In this document: positions 1 through 9,274 of the stretch, piece after piece | How positions within the stretch are numbered: the first letter of the stretch is position 1 | Layout: every line of letters starts with the position of its first letter | Program-made: the position numbers and the translations under genes | NCBI GenBank assembly: GCA_964638425.1 | Contig: CAZWYM010000002.1 | Location: forward strand, 2,547 to 66,546 | Length of the DNA stretch: 64,000 nucleotides | Origin: an uncultured Candidatus Saccharibacteria bacterium | GTDB taxonomy: Bacteria > Patescibacteriota > Minisyncoccia > Phycocordibacterales > UBA918 | Direction of reading: 5' to 3' | The notes under the pieces: model-generated | Databases searched by the model: none | What the model was told of the DNA's origin: nothing | The model's input: the letters and a program-made list of their open reading frames with translations, nothing else

Positions 1-562
1 CGTCTTTAACTCCTCCGAGTTCGAGTACAGTACGTACAGAACTTCCTGCAACGAGTCCACGGCCTGGTGCTGGCATAATCATTACCTCACTTGAAGAAAC
101 TTTAACGTTTACATCATGTGGAATATGCTGATGCTTGTTTAGTGGAATTTCGATAAGGTTCTTTCGCGCATTTCGTACCGCCTTTTCAATTGCAAGCTGT
201 GTGTCTCCAGCCTTTCCGATTCCTACTCCAACCTTGCCCTTTCGGTTACCAATCACAATCGCAACGCTAAAACTGAAGCGACGACCTCCGGCCATCACAC
301 GTGTTACACGTCGGATGCTGATAATTTTTTGATCGAATTCTGAACGTACACGTTCTTCTCTTCGAGGCGCTCGACGCGCTCGGCGTGGGTTTCGTCGACT
401 ATCTGCATCTGCACCACCACGATACGCACCCCGTCCGCTCGCTTCTGCCTTTACGGGAGTTGCCGCATCGCCAGCTGGTGCATCGGTAGTAGCGGTTGTT
501 TCTGCTACTACATCTGAAACTTCCGTTTCATTTATAGCTTCCTGCTGATTTGTTTCACTCAT
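1..562 (-). CDS. rpsE: 30S ribosomal protein S5, 3' end truncated by the window edge; N-terminal Ala/Thr-rich extension
   Basis: Hand translation of the minus strand from the ATG at 560-562 gives MSETNQQEAI...IISIRRVTRVMAGGRRFSFSVAIVIGNRKGKVGVGIGKAGDTQLAIEKAV, the S5 dsRBD/S5 motif. It sits next to rplR in the canonical spc order. Confidence 0.8.
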   Translation of the reverse strand, partial: MSETNQQEAINETEVSDVVAETTATTDAPAGDAATPVKAEASGRGAYRGGADADSRRNPRRARRAPRREERVRSEFDQKIISIRRVTRVMAGGRRFSFSVAIVIGNRKGKVGVGIGKAGDTQLAIEKAVRNARKNLIEIPLNKHQHIPHDVNVKVSSSEVMIMPAPGRGLVAGSSVRTVLELGGVKD

Positions 563-586
563 AGTATCTGTTATTTGTTTAATAAA

Positions 587-937
587 TTAAAATTCAAGAC
601 CTCCTTCACGCGCTCCTTCTGCGAGCGCAACAACTGCTCCTTGGTATCTGAAACCACCTCGGTCAAATACCACTTTGTTAATTCCCTTCTTTTTTGCTTC
701 AGTTGCAACAAGCTGTCCGATTTCCTTTGCTCGTTCAATCGCTGTCTTTGCCTTTGCCTTTCGTGTATCTGTCCCCACGAGCGTTACTCGCGCCTCATCG
801 TCAATGAGTTGTGCATACATGAAACGGTTGCTTCGAAAGACGGCAAGACGTGGGCATGCTGCAGTACCTTGTACCTTTGCACGAATACGTGCGTGGCGGC
901 GGGTTCGATTTGCTACTTTTTGTGATGTAATACTCAT
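587..937 (-). CDS. rplR: 50S ribosomal protein L18
   Basis: 116-aa ORF. The C-terminal ...KVVFDRGGFRYQGAVVALAEGAREGGLEF is typical of L18. Position is between S5 and L6. Confidence 0.9.
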   Translation of the reverse strand: MSITSQKVANRTRRHARIRAKVQGTAACPRLAVFRSNRFMYAQLIDDEARVTLVGTDTRKAKAKTAIERAKEIGQLVATEAKKKGINKVVFDRGGFRYQGAVVALAEGAREGGLEF

Positions 938-958
938 GATACGTTTCTAAGTGTCAGA

Positions 959-1495
959 CTATGCAACACCTTTCTTACCTTGCTTTCGAATAATATACTC
1001 ACCCTTGTAGTGAATACCCTTTCCTTTGTATGGTTCAGGCTTCTTCTTTTCGCGAATGTCAGCAGCAAATTGTCCAACAACTTCTTTGTCAATTCCTGTA
1101 ACCGTAATAACTCCCTTCTCTGCAGCAACCTGCACTCCCTCTGGAGCAATAAGCTCAACAGGGTGTGAGAAGCCAACTGCAAGTTTGATTTTATTCCCTT
1201 GTGCTTCAGCCTTATACCCAACTCCTTCAATTTCGAGAATCTTTGTGAAACCAACGGTCACTCCCGTTATCATGTTGTGTACATGTGCTGCGTATGTTCC
1301 CCAGAGTGCTTGTGAACTCTTTGTGTCCTTTGCTTTCGCAAGCGTGATTACTCCTCCATCAATCGTTATTGTAATATCACCCGTCACTGTCCGCGTGAGT
1401 TCACCCTTTGGTCCCTTAACCTTAAGTACACCATCAACAAGCGTCACTTCGACGTTTGCAGGGATCTGTACTGGTTGTTTTCCTAATCGACTCAT
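959..1495 (-). CDS. rplF: 50S ribosomal protein L6
   Basis: MSRLGKQPVQIPANVEVTL...KGKGIHYKGE matches the L6 family. Start trimmed to the internal ATG at 1493-1495. The track ORF starts further upstream and overlaps rpsH. Confidence 0.85.
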   Translation of the reverse strand: MSRLGKQPVQIPANVEVTLVDGVLKVKGPKGELTRTVTGDITITIDGGVITLAKAKDTKSSQALWGTYAAHVHNMITGVTVGFTKILEIEGVGYKAEAQGNKIKLAVGFSHPVELIAPEGVQVAAEKGVITVTGIDKEVVGQFAADIREKKKPEPYKGKGIHYKGEYIIRKQGKKGVA

Positions 1496-1505
1496 ATGTT
1501 TATAA

Positions 1506-1901
1506 TTACCAAATGATGAATAGCTCTTCTCCTCCAACGTTTTTCTCTCGCGCCTGTTCTCCGGTAAGAATACCTGCTGGAGTTGAAAGAATTCTCTTTC
1601 CTTTTCCAAACTTTACAGGGAATATTTCAGAAACACTGAGATAGAGCCTTCGACCTGGCTTTGAAACGCGCTGTACACCTTGAATTTGATGCACTCCGTC
1701 TCCGTCGTACTTGAGTGTAATATCAAGTGTCTTCTTCACCTTCTTTCCATGCTTATCAACTTCTCCAACAAAACCTGCTTCTGCAAGCTTGTCTGCAATT
1801 GCATGCTTGAGCTTTGAGTATGGAATACTCACCTTTCCTTTACGTACCATTCCTGCATTTTTGAGCTGAATGATGAAATCTCCTACTGGGTCGTTTACCA
1901 T
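1506..1901 (-). CDS. rpsH: 30S ribosomal protein S8
   Basis: 131 aa with MVNDPVGDFIIQLKNA and a C-terminal ...ILSTPAGILTGEQAREKNVGGEELFIIW, typical of S8. Confidence 0.9.
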   Translation of the reverse strand: MVNDPVGDFIIQLKNAGMVRKGKVSIPYSKLKHAIADKLAEAGFVGEVDKHGKKVKKTLDITLKYDGDGVHQIQGVQRVSKPGRRLYLSVSEIFPVKFGKGKRILSTPAGILTGEQAREKNVGGEELFIIW

Positions 1902-2080
1902 GATGATTTCTTAATACCTGGTATATGTCCTTCATGTGCTGCTTCACGGAAGCAAATACGGCACATGTCAAAGTCACGCATATAACCGCGCTTTCGTGCG
2001 CACTTAAAGCATCGACGTACTACCTGACTTTTGAATTTTGGCGTACGCATTGCACGCAAAATAACTGATTTTCTTGCCAA
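1895..2080 (-). CDS. rpsZ: 30S ribosomal protein S14 type Z (zinc-binding); apparent TTG start
   Basis: 61 aa ending ...CFKCARKRGYMRDFDMCRICFREAAHEGHIPGIKKSSW with a CxxC...CxxC zinc ribbon. The first codon is ttg. Overlaps rpsH by 7 nt. Confidence 0.85.
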   Translation of the reverse strand: MARKSVILRAMRTPKFKSQVVRRCFKCARKRGYMRDFDMCRICFREAAHEGHIPGIKKSSW

Positions 2081-2129
2081 TTTGATAGTTGGTTAGCCTC
2101 GGATACTCCTAGGCGTTGCTCATAATAAA

Positions 2130-2260
2130 TGTAACTGGTGAGCCGTTTCACTACGAATCAGTGACTACACTCTCCGTTCGCGGTACTCCCAAAGACTCGC
2201 TTTCCGTCACTTTTCTCATAGAAAAGTTTGATCGGCGCGTCTAGATTTACTCAAAATGAG
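2130..2260 (-). repeat. degenerate R1-like element 3' of the inserted gene 2380-2910
   Basis: ...ctccgttcgcggtactcccaaagactcgct-[acttttctc atag aaaagt]-ttgatcggcgcgtc; partial similarity only. Confidence 0.35.
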
Positions 2261-2330
2261 TAAAAACAAGAGAGTGTGCGAATATCGCTACAGGGAGGAA
2301 TATACCAAAATTAGGCTCTAAAGTCAATAA

Positions 2331-2363
2331 AAACCCCATTTCACAATTGTGAAATGGGGTTTA
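2331..2363. terminator. hairpin aaaccccatttcaca-attg-tgaaatggggttt 3' of gene 2380-2910
   Basis: Perfect 15-bp stem. Confidence 0.6.
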
Positions 2364-2379
2364 GGTTAGTGGAAAAGAA

Positions 2380-2910
2380 CTAGTGGCATATCTCAAACGC
2401 AATGCCGGTTCCGAAGTTCCAATATCCATTTTTCTTGTCCGGGCATGCAAGAAGCATTTTACATGCGTCAAATATAGTTGCGGTCAGGAAAGAGGGCCTA
2501 TTTTCAGCGGTTTTAATCGGTTTATGAAAAGCAACCACACTTTCAAGTCGTTGCCTTTTGAACTCATCCGGAGAAAATTTCTCCAAAATAAGACACGCTG
2601 CTTCGGCATTGAGCCTCGTCCACTTCATTTTTTCAGCTTTGGCACAGATATTCTCTGTCTCATGTTCACTGACAATGTGTGGGGACACTCTCAGAATCCC
2701 AATGTCGACAATTCGCCCTGAACTTGGAATAAAGTCTGGTGAGTTGAGAATACTTTTTGCAGATTCACTTAAAGTAATGCCATTTCGTTCAAGCCGGTCT
2801 ATCCAGTCAGGGCCTGATGTTCCGTCCGTAACGAAAGTTGCGAAAATTACATTAAATGCGTCCGATTCTAAGTACTGATTTCTATGTGTGCCTACAATGT
2901 CTGTGTTCAT
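2380..2910 (-). CDS. hypothetical protein (176 aa) inserted between rpsZ and rplE; no recognisable family
   Basis: Strong SD (aaggaggg) upstream of the ATG at 2908-2910. Flanked by perfect hairpins at 2331-2363 and 3057-3086 and by R1-family copies. Confidence 0.5.
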   Translation of the reverse strand: MNTDIVGTHRNQYLESDAFNVIFATFVTDGTSGPDWIDRLERNGITLSESAKSILNSPDFIPSSGRIVDIGILRVSPHIVSEHETENICAKAEKMKWTRLNAEAACLILEKFSPDEFKRQRLESVVAFHKPIKTAENRPSFLTATIFDACKMLLACPDKKNGYWNFGTGIAFEICH

Positions 2911-3056
2911 ACTTCCCTCCTTACCCTCATGGGGTTTCCAAATCCTCTAATCCGAGGCGGAACTGTGTGCTTTTTGAGCCACAGCACGATACCAAAGAAC
3001 CTACTTATGGCCATAATTTTAACATAAAATACTACGATGTCAAATTGCCACGCAAC

Positions 3057-3086
3057 TAAAATCCCGAGTATATAACTCGGGATTTT
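3057..3086. terminator. hairpin aaaatcccgagt-atataa-ctcgggatttta between rplE and gene 2380-2910
   Basis: Perfect 12-bp stem with A/T flanks. Confidence 0.6.
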
Positions 3087-3146
3087 ATAGAAAGTTTTAT
3101 CGTATTCAATTACTTAGTCTTCTTCTCTGATTCCTTTTGGAGGGGA

Positions 3147-3235
3147 AGGGTCAAGTTGCTAATTCGCTACGCTTATAAGTAAGCACTTCCTCCCCGGACT
3201 CGCCACTTTTGCATTAGTAATAGCAAAAGTATGGC
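3147..3235 (-). repeat. R1 structured-repeat copy H (sense on the minus strand, 3' of rplE)
   Basis: ttgctaattcgctacgcttataagtaagcacttcctccccggactcgcc-[acttttgc attagtaat agcaaaagt]-atggctccgtctc. Confidence 0.6.
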
Positions 3236-3289
3236 TCCGTCTCTTTCCATTGCCGAACGAGAAACTGTTCTCATTCTAAAAATAGTAAA

Positions 3290-3823
3290 CTATTTTTGCA
3301 ATGGCAAGCCAATATGTCGTAAGAATGCTTCTGCTTCCTTCTTTGTCTTTGCTGTTGTTACGATAGTGATTCCAAAACCAAACACATCTTTGATGTCTTC
3401 GTCAGCTGTTTCTGGGAAAATAGTATGTTCCTTAATACCAAGTGTGTAGTTCCCCATTTCATCGATAGCACTTACCTTGAGTCCTCGGAAGTCTCGTGTT
3501 TGTGGAAGTGAGAGATGAATGAGCTTGTGGAGGAAGTCGTGCATTCGTGGACCACGGAGTGTTGCTTGGTATCCAATGATTTCACCTTCACGAAGTTTGA
3601 ATGAAGCAATTGATTGCTTCGCTGGTCGCGGAGCTGCCTTTTGACCAGTAATTTGCGCAAGTCGATTCTGAATAAGCGCAATCTTTTGCTTATCTTGAAT
3701 TTTTCCAACACCAGTACCAACCACAACCTTCACGATGCGTGGCGCTTGCATTTTATTCGTGTATCCAAGCTCTCCCTTGAGTGCTTCGTACGTTCCGTTT
3801 AATGTTTCTTTCATTGATTTCAT
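3290..3823 (-). CDS. rplE: 50S ribosomal protein L5
   Basis: 177-aa ORF with L5-like sequence ...IVKVVVGTGVG...GNYTLGIKEHTIFPE. Lies between L24 and the S14 side of the cluster. Confidence 0.9.
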   Translation of the reverse strand: MKSMKETLNGTYEALKGELGYTNKMQAPRIVKVVVGTGVGKIQDKQKIALIQNRLAQITGQKAAPRPAKQSIASFKLREGEIIGYQATLRGPRMHDFLHKLIHLSLPQTRDFRGLKVSAIDEMGNYTLGIKEHTIFPETADEDIKDVFGFGITIVTTAKTKKEAEAFLRHIGLPLQK

Positions 3824-3853
3824 ACGACCAAAATTATTATCCTTGTATCCAAA

Positions 3854-4171
3854 CTATATCTTTACTCCTGAAGGGCGTGCGACACGTACCTTCTTTGCTG
3901 TTGCTCCTTCTCCCTCAACAACATATCCTACACGGACCGCCTTTCCTGTCTTTGCATCCTTAAGTGCAACGTTTGATGATGGGAATGGCATTGGCTTTGC
4001 AACAATTTGTCCTTGTGAACCTCGTCGCTTTGCTTTCTGGTGTCGGCTAACGATATTTACACCCTCAACAAGTACTTCATGCTTCTTTGGGAACGCACGA
4101 ATAACAGTACCGGTCTTCCCTCGGTCCTTTCCTGCTGTAACGATGATTGTATCTCCTTTTTTAATCTTCAT
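3854..4171 (-). CDS. rplX: 50S ribosomal protein L24
   Basis: 105 aa; MKIKKGDTIIVTAGKDRGKTGTV is the KOW motif. Confidence 0.9.
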   Translation of the reverse strand: MKIKKGDTIIVTAGKDRGKTGTVIRAFPKKHEVLVEGVNIVSRHQKAKRRGSQGQIVAKPMPFPSSNVALKDAKTGKAVRVGYVVEGEGATAKKVRVARPSGVKI

Positions 4172-4192
4172 ATATAAATAATTAGAATATGC

Positions 4193-4564
4193 TTAGACGA
4201 CCTCTGGTGCGAGCGACACGATTTTCTGATAGCCCGCCTCTCCTAATTCTCGAGGAATTGGACCAAACACACGGTTTGCCTTTGGTTCCTTTTTCTCCTT
4301 ATCAACGAGTACAACTGCATTATCATCGAAGCTTACGTATGAACCATCCTTTCGTCGGAATGCCTTTCTCTGTCGTACCACAACTCCGTAACAGATATCC
4401 TTCTTCTTTACTTGCTTTCGTGGTTCTGCTGTCTGGATTGAGAGAACAACGAGTTCACCGAGTTCTGCATATCGCTTCTTTGAACCTCCAAGCACCTTGA
4501 ACACTCGGCCTATCTTTCCTCCTGAATTGTCAGTTATTTTGACTATTGATTGTGGTTGAATCAT
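4193..4564 (-). CDS. rplN: 50S ribosomal protein L14
   Basis: 123 aa; MIQPQSIVKITDNSGGK...VVRQRKAFRRKDGS is typical of L14. Confidence 0.9.
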   Translation of the reverse strand: MIQPQSIVKITDNSGGKIGRVFKVLGGSKKRYAELGELVVLSIQTAEPRKQVKKKDICYGVVVRQRKAFRRKDGSYVSFDDNAVVLVDKEKKEPKANRVFGPIPRELGEAGYQKIVSLAPEVV

Positions 4565-4584
4565 ATAAAAATTTTATGAAGTGA

Positions 4585-4851
4585 TTAGCTCTTCACAAGT
4601 TCAAAGTGCTTTCTCTTTGAAAGCGGTCTTGTTTCTCTAATTTCGACCTTATCTCCCTCCTTTGCTGTATTTCCCTTGTCATCTACAAGAAACTTCTTTG
4701 TTCGTCGCATGAACTTCTTGTACTTTGGGTGCATAACGTAACGTTCAACAGCAACGGTGATGGTGTCCTGCATTTTTGTCGCGACAACGGTACCACGAAG
4801 GACCCGTCCATTCGAGAGTGTTGTTTCTGTTGTTGTTTTTTCTGTTGCCAT
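4585..4851 (-). CDS. rpsQ: 30S ribosomal protein S17
   Basis: 88 aa; LRGTVVATKMQDTITVAVERYVMHPKYKKF is typical of S17. Confidence 0.9.
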   Translation of the reverse strand: MATEKTTTETTLSNGRVLRGTVVATKMQDTITVAVERYVMHPKYKKFMRRTKKFLVDDKGNTAKEGDKVEIRETRPLSKRKHFELVKS

Positions 4852-4878
4852 AATAATATGTTTTATAAATACTACTTG

Positions 4879-5073
4879 TTATGCTGCCCTTGTTCGTGCG
4901 TTGAGCAGTGTGAGTGCTCGTGCAATCTCTCGACGTGTATCTCTCACTGCGTGCGAATTTCGCGCACCTGCTCCAGCTGTTCCGAAGCGCATCTTCTGTA
5001 GTTCGTCTCTCTTTTCTGCAATAAATGCGAGGAGATCGGCGTCGTTTTTTTGTTGTAATTCAGATATTTTCAT
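4879..5073 (-). CDS. rpmC: 50S ribosomal protein L29
   Basis: 64 aa; MKISELQQKNDADLLAFIAEKRDELQKMRF is typical of L29. Confidence 0.8.
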   Translation of the reverse strand: MKISELQQKNDADLLAFIAEKRDELQKMRFGTAGAGARNSHAVRDTRREIARALTLLNARTRAA

Positions 5074-5084
5074 ATTTGTATGTA

Positions 5085-5519
5085 TTACACTCGAGTTTCC
5101 TCACGAGTAACTACCTTCGCCTTGAGTGGGAGCTTTGCAGTTGCCTTTCTAAGCGCCTCTCGTGCGACAGCTTCGCTCACTCCATCGATTTCAAAGAGAA
5201 CACGTCCTGGTCGAACATCGAAGATAAAGTGATCAGGATCCCCCTTTCCTTTACCCATACCTACTTCTGCAGGCTTCTTTGTAACTGGCTTGTCTGGGAA
5301 GATACGAATCCAAATCTTGCCTGTCTTGCCAAGTGTTCGAGAAATAACACGTCGCGCAGCCTCAATTTGATTTGATTTCACTCGAGATTGTGTTTGTGCC
5401 TTAAGTCCGAATGCTCCAAAAGAAACAGTCGTACCTCGAGTCTCAGGTGCATTAAGTCGATCGACGTGCTTTCGATCTGTTTGCCACTTTCGGTGTTTTA
5501 CTTTTTTAGGAAATAACAT
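5085..5519 (-). CDS. rplP: 50S ribosomal protein L16
   Basis: 144 aa; [14 protein letters not shown]...GMGKGKG is typical of L16. Confidence 0.9.
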   Translation of the reverse strand: MLFPKKVKHRKWQTDRKHVDRLNAPETRGTTVSFGAFGLKAQTQSRVKSNQIEAARRVISRTLGKTGKIWIRIFPDKPVTKKPAEVGMGKGKGDPDHFIFDVRPGRVLFEIDGVSEAVAREALRKATAKLPLKAKVVTREETRV

Positions 5520-5530
5520 ACAAAATTTGA

Positions 5531-6253
5531 TTATGCGCTTCGGCTTCGGTTACGACGATCCGTTTGTGTTGCCTGCTCTTCAGCATTTGCCTTTCGGTCA
5601 GTGAAGATGTCGCCACGGTAAATCCATACTTTCACACCAATAGCTCCATACGGGAGTGTTGCAGTCTCACGTGCAAAATCAATATCTGCGCGGAGTGTCT
5701 GGAGAGGAATACGTCCTTTCTTAGTCTCTTCCTTTCGAGCCATTTCAGCACCACCGAGGCGTCCTGAGGCAATAATACGGACACCCTTCACGTCTCTGTT
5801 TGCCATTACCTTCTCTGCGGTCATCTTCATGACGCGTCGGAATGGCATACGCTTCTCGAGACCTTCAACAACCATTTGTCCAACGATTGAAGCACTCGTC
5901 TCTGGTGAACGTACTTCTTCAATATCAATTTTCACTTCTGGCTGAACCTCGAGTTTAAGCGTACGGAGGAGCATATCAATCTCCTTTTTGAGCTTTGTTG
6001 CTCCTTCACCACTTCGTCCAATGATGAGCCCTGGTCGTGATGAACTAATGATGATACGGAAAATCTTCTCGTTTCGTTCAATCTCAACATTAGCAATGTG
6101 CATGTTACGAAGCTTCTTCGTAAGATACTTTCGCACAGCGCCATCAGTACGGATATACTCCCGATATTTCTTAGGATCAGCAGCGAACCATCGTGACTTC
6201 CAGTCACGGATGACTCCGAGGCGTTGTACGTATGGGTGTGCGACGTGTGTCAT
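5531..6253 (-). CDS. rpsC: 30S ribosomal protein S3
   Basis: 240 aa with KH domain and S3 C-terminal motif ...RIIASGRLGGAEMARKEETKKGRIPLQTLRADIDFA. Confidence 0.9.
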   Translation of the reverse strand: MTHVAHPYVQRLGVIRDWKSRWFAADPKKYREYIRTDGAVRKYLTKKLRNMHIANVEIERNEKIFRIIISSSRPGLIIGRSGEGATKLKKEIDMLLRTLKLEVQPEVKIDIEEVRSPETSASIVGQMVVEGLEKRMPFRRVMKMTAEKVMANRDVKGVRIIASGRLGGAEMARKEETKKGRIPLQTLRADIDFARETATLPYGAIGVKVWIYRGDIFTDRKANAEEQATQTDRRNRSRSA

Positions 6254-6271
6254 GGTATTAAATAGTTAAAA

Positions 6272-6595
6272 TTATTTTGTTCCTAACTCAACAGTTATGT
6301 GACTGTTTCGCTTGTTAATTCGAGCTGCTGTTCCTCGAGCGCGTGGCATAAATCGCTTGAAGATAATACCCTTATCAACTGCAACTCGCTTTACGATAAG
6401 TGCTGCTGTATCTGCGCCCTGTGACTTTGCATTTGCCTCAGCTGATTTGATGAGTTTTGCAAATGGCTCAGAAGCTCGTTTGTTTACAAACTTCAATGTT
6501 TCAAGAGCATTTTTAACACTCTTTCCACGAACAAGGTCAGCAATAAGCCGTACTTTACGTGGTGACTGTCGATAGTTTTTTAGAAAAGCTTTCAT
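6272..6595 (-). CDS. rplV: 50S ribosomal protein L22
   Basis: 107 aa; ...SPRKVRLIADLVRGKSV...KRFMPRARGTAARINKRNSHITVEL. Confidence 0.9.
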   Translation of the reverse strand: MKAFLKNYRQSPRKVRLIADLVRGKSVKNALETLKFVNKRASEPFAKLIKSAEANAKSQGADTAALIVKRVAVDKGIIFKRFMPRARGTAARINKRNSHITVELGTK

Positions 6596-6615
6596 AATTC
6601 AAAATGTGGAACTGA

Positions 6616-6954
6616 CTATTTTTTATCACCTGAACTCTTTGCTGCCTTTGCTGCTGCAACTTCAGCCTCCTTTCGCTTTGTTTCAAGCTCCTTCTGCATC
6701 TTACCTCCGTGTCGAATAAACTTCTTCGTAGGAGAAAATTCACCAAGTCGGTGACCTACCATTTCTTCAACAACAAGGACTTCAACGTGCGTCTTGCCAT
6801 TATGTACACCGAACTTGAATCCAACCATTTCTGGTGAAATTACTGAAGCGCGATCCCACACTTTAACAACCGCAGTATCTGCTGGCTTCTTGTCTTGAAT
6901 TTTCTTCAAGATTTTTGGGTTGATATATGGTCCTTTATATAGTGATCGTGACAT
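6616..6954 (-). CDS. rpsS: 30S ribosomal protein S19 with a Lys/Ala-rich C-terminal extension
   Basis: 112 aa; ...FGVHNGKTHVEVLVVEEMVGHRLGEFSPTKKF... Confidence 0.9.
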   Translation of the reverse strand: MSRSLYKGPYINPKILKKIQDKKPADTAVVKVWDRASVISPEMVGFKFGVHNGKTHVEVLVVEEMVGHRLGEFSPTKKFIRHGGKMQKELETKRKEAEVAAAKAAKSSGDKK

Positions 6955-7278
6955 AAAACAATAAGGCGCAGTTTGCGCATAAAAAGGTTGCTCGATTTGA
7001 TAGAAAACACCCTTCCAACAAAGAAATCTGCTGGAAATGCGTGTTCTATGTGAGAACCTCGTGTAATAACAGGTAACGGCCAGTCTTAAACGAAGTGCCC
7101 ACAGAATCTACTAATTGCGTTGCATCACCTGCCAGGGATCTGCAATCGCGGAGGTTCTGGAACGAGGGCTATAGTACGCGAAACAAGAAAGATTGTCAAT
7201 GACTTACGCTCATACTTTCGCAGAAATAAAAAAAGAACCCGACATTGTCGAGTTCTGTATGCCCTAAGGGCGATTCGA

Positions 7279-8076
7279 TTAGGAACTTGGTGCTGATGTC
7301 CAGGAAATTGCCCTATGGATTGGCGCGCTGCTTTTGATTAGCTTTACGACGATTTCAGGACACTTCTGTGGATCATACTTCACAATAACCTTCTGGTTGG
7401 CTGAACCTGGAAAGGCGACCGCTCGAATTGACTTTGTAAGCGTCTTCTTCGATTTAGCAGCGTTTTCAAGAACTAAAGCAGTTATGTATGCTCCGAGGCT
7501 CGTCTGCTCTTCCTTTAAACCAATTGAAATAGCCCTATTATGAGTCGCCATTTCCAGAAAAGGGGTCAAATCAGGTTTTATAATTAAATGAAACTGTGGA
7601 TATGAATTTCTGGCAAATGTTTCTTTTGCCAGAAAACTAGCCGTGACACTTTCAGGAATTTTAATACTATCCTTGTGACATTTTGCAACCCGAGATGCTG
7701 AGGGGAACACAATGACGAGAAGAGCATAGCCGTGCATTACCTTTAACTGATTTTCAGAATAAGGGACGTACATGAGGTCTACATTCTTTTTCAACTTTGA
7801 GTCGATGTGAAATAAACTCAACATCTCATCTATTGAGTGCATGTCTTCGCCAAATATCTCTTTTGCACGCCAGATTGGTGTACGCATTGCCTCGATACGT
7901 GACGCTTGTTCCTGCTCGACCAGAGCAACCTTTTTTGCTCTGCGTGTCGCTAATTTCGTGACAACAGCTTGCTTAATCCGGCTTGCACCAGCCCTAACTT
8001 TTGAGCGTACAGCCCCCCGTTTTGTTGTTGATGAAGTATTTCCTGTTTCTTTACTTTCTGCTTGTAAGCCAAACAT
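7279..8076 (-). CDS. hypothetical protein (265 aa) with a basic N-terminal region
   Basis: Long ORF with an ATG start. Co-oriented with the ribosomal cluster inside the rpsS-rplB insertion. No family recognised. Confidence 0.45.
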   Translation of the reverse strand: MFGLQAESKETGNTSSTTKRGAVRSKVRAGASRIKQAVVTKLATRRAKKVALVEQEQASRIEAMRTPIWRAKEIFGEDMHSIDEMLSLFHIDSKLKKNVDLMYVPYSENQLKVMHGYALLVIVFPSASRVAKCHKDSIKIPESVTASFLAKETFARNSYPQFHLIIKPDLTPFLEMATHNRAISIGLKEEQTSLGAYITALVLENAAKSKKTLTKSIRAVAFPGSANQKVIVKYDPQKCPEIVVKLIKSSAPIHRAISWTSAPSS

Positions 8077-8126
8077 TTCCTTCTCCTTCTGTGTTAAAGA
8101 CCAAAATCAGCGATTATTATACATTA

Positions 8127-8156
8127 GCATGTGGTTTTGTCAAAAAAACCACATGC
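8127..8156 (-). terminator. hairpin gcatgtggtttt-gtcaaa-aaaaccacatgc downstream of the 8195-8980 gene; a third direct copy of gcatgtggttttgc lies at 8163-8176
   Basis: Perfect 12-bp stem read directly from the sequence. Confidence 0.5.
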
Positions 8157-8194
8157 ATTTCTGCATGTGGTTTTGCTTTAAAGCTAAGAACAAA

Positions 8195-8980
8195 TTACTT
8201 AGTATGCCTTTTTTGTATAAAAATGGCATACGGAGGCTTCTGCTTTTCTGGATTCGGGTCAAACCCCCCAAGGGTGCACATGAGCGGGGCTATGGTACTC
8301 GACTTGGGACCAAATCCTCCGTTTTGGTGAATAAACACCGGGACACCATTCTTGTGTGCAACACACACCATGAAATGATAGTCTGACATACCACTATTTT
8401 GATACATGTCTGCAAGATCTTCTGCTGACCAGACACTATGTTTTTCTCTTTTCCCTATTTCAAGAAATGAATTGCCTTCAGACTGCAGCTTCTTATTACG
8501 ACGATATAGCTGCCGGTGTTGCTTGGAAACTCGGCGGGAGTGATACACTTTTGAATAGTAAAATAGACAGAGTGTGTCGCCAACTTTGATACGTTGTCCT
8601 GTATACGTAGTCATCAGTCCTTCAAATATGAAGTGCCGATTACTTGTACATTCTATGAACACACCCGTTTTCAAGTAGTGGGCAAAAACTGAGCAGTTGG
8701 TCACATACTTGCCGTAGTAGTTATCAAGATATATACGTATCCGTTCTGAGAGCTCTTTGTCACTAATGTAACCCTGAACACTCGTAGTCGAATCACCACT
8801 TCCTTGTTCAAGGTTATATAACAAACTATGGCTCGTAATGTTTCTAGCCATACGCCGTCCTACCCTATTACCACGCGCATCACGTATATGACTTCCATTG
8901 GAAACCAACTTGTGCAACGCGTGATGCCCACCAACCTCCCTTGCTTCCGTCACTAACACAGAGACATTTTGTGAGTACAT
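8195..8980 (-). CDS. putative LRAT/NlpC-P60-superfamily (permuted papain-like) domain protein
   Basis: H-box-like GGHHALHKLVSNGSHI about 80 aa upstream of an NCSVFAHY motif, comparable to the HWAIYVGDGYVVH ... NCEHFV spacing of LRAT/HRASLS enzymes. Start placed at the ATG at 8978-8980, which follows an aaggaag SD; the track ORF starts at an upstream TTG. Confidence 0.4.
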   Translation of the reverse strand: MYSQNVSVLVTEAREVGGHHALHKLVSNGSHIRDARGNRVGRRMARNITSHSLLYNLEQGSGDSTTSVQGYISDKELSERIRIYLDNYYGKYVTNCSVFAHYLKTGVFIECTSNRHFIFEGLMTTYTGQRIKVGDTLCLFYYSKVYHSRRVSKQHRQLYRRNKKLQSEGNSFLEIGKREKHSVWSAEDLADMYQNSGMSDYHFMVCVAHKNGVPVFIHQNGGFGPKSSTIAPLMCTLGGFDPNPEKQKPPYAIFIQKRHTK

Positions 8981-9174
8981 TCTACTTCCTTTCAATGAAC
9001 AATATTGAAAATATTATAACATATATTTTGAATAAAGCAAAAATACCCCAAGCGGGGGGTATTTTCTTTATGCATGATTCTTTTAATATACAGCTTGGGT
9101 CTCAAAATCTATTTTGAATAAGATTTTGAGACAGACTCAGAAAATATAATCGCTACGCTCTTTATTTTCTGGCC

Positions 9175-9270
9175 ACATGGTTCCGTCTTGGTTCTCGATA
9201 CGTACCTACCTTGAGGCAGGTACTAGAGAATAAAAAATACCTCGCATATGCGAGGTATTTTTTATTCTAC
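9175..9270 (-). repeat. R2 repeat copy 1 (two tandem hairpins, one a 44-bp palindrome at 9226-9269)
   Basis: About 90% identical to 14679-14793 and 15015-15133: acatggttccgtcttggttctcgatacgtacct..aggcaggtactagagaataaaaaatacctcgcatatgcgaggtattttttattct. Confidence 0.85.
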
Positions 9271-9274
9271 CTAC

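Noticed and set aside
575-6575. Numerous 60-160-aa ORFs antisense to or overlapping the ribosomal protein genes (for example 575-925+, 1026-1505+, 3735-4181+, 5988-6269+)
   Set aside because: They lie entirely inside well-supported ribosomal CDS on the other strand. They have no SD and low-complexity translations. They are frame-shadow ORFs.
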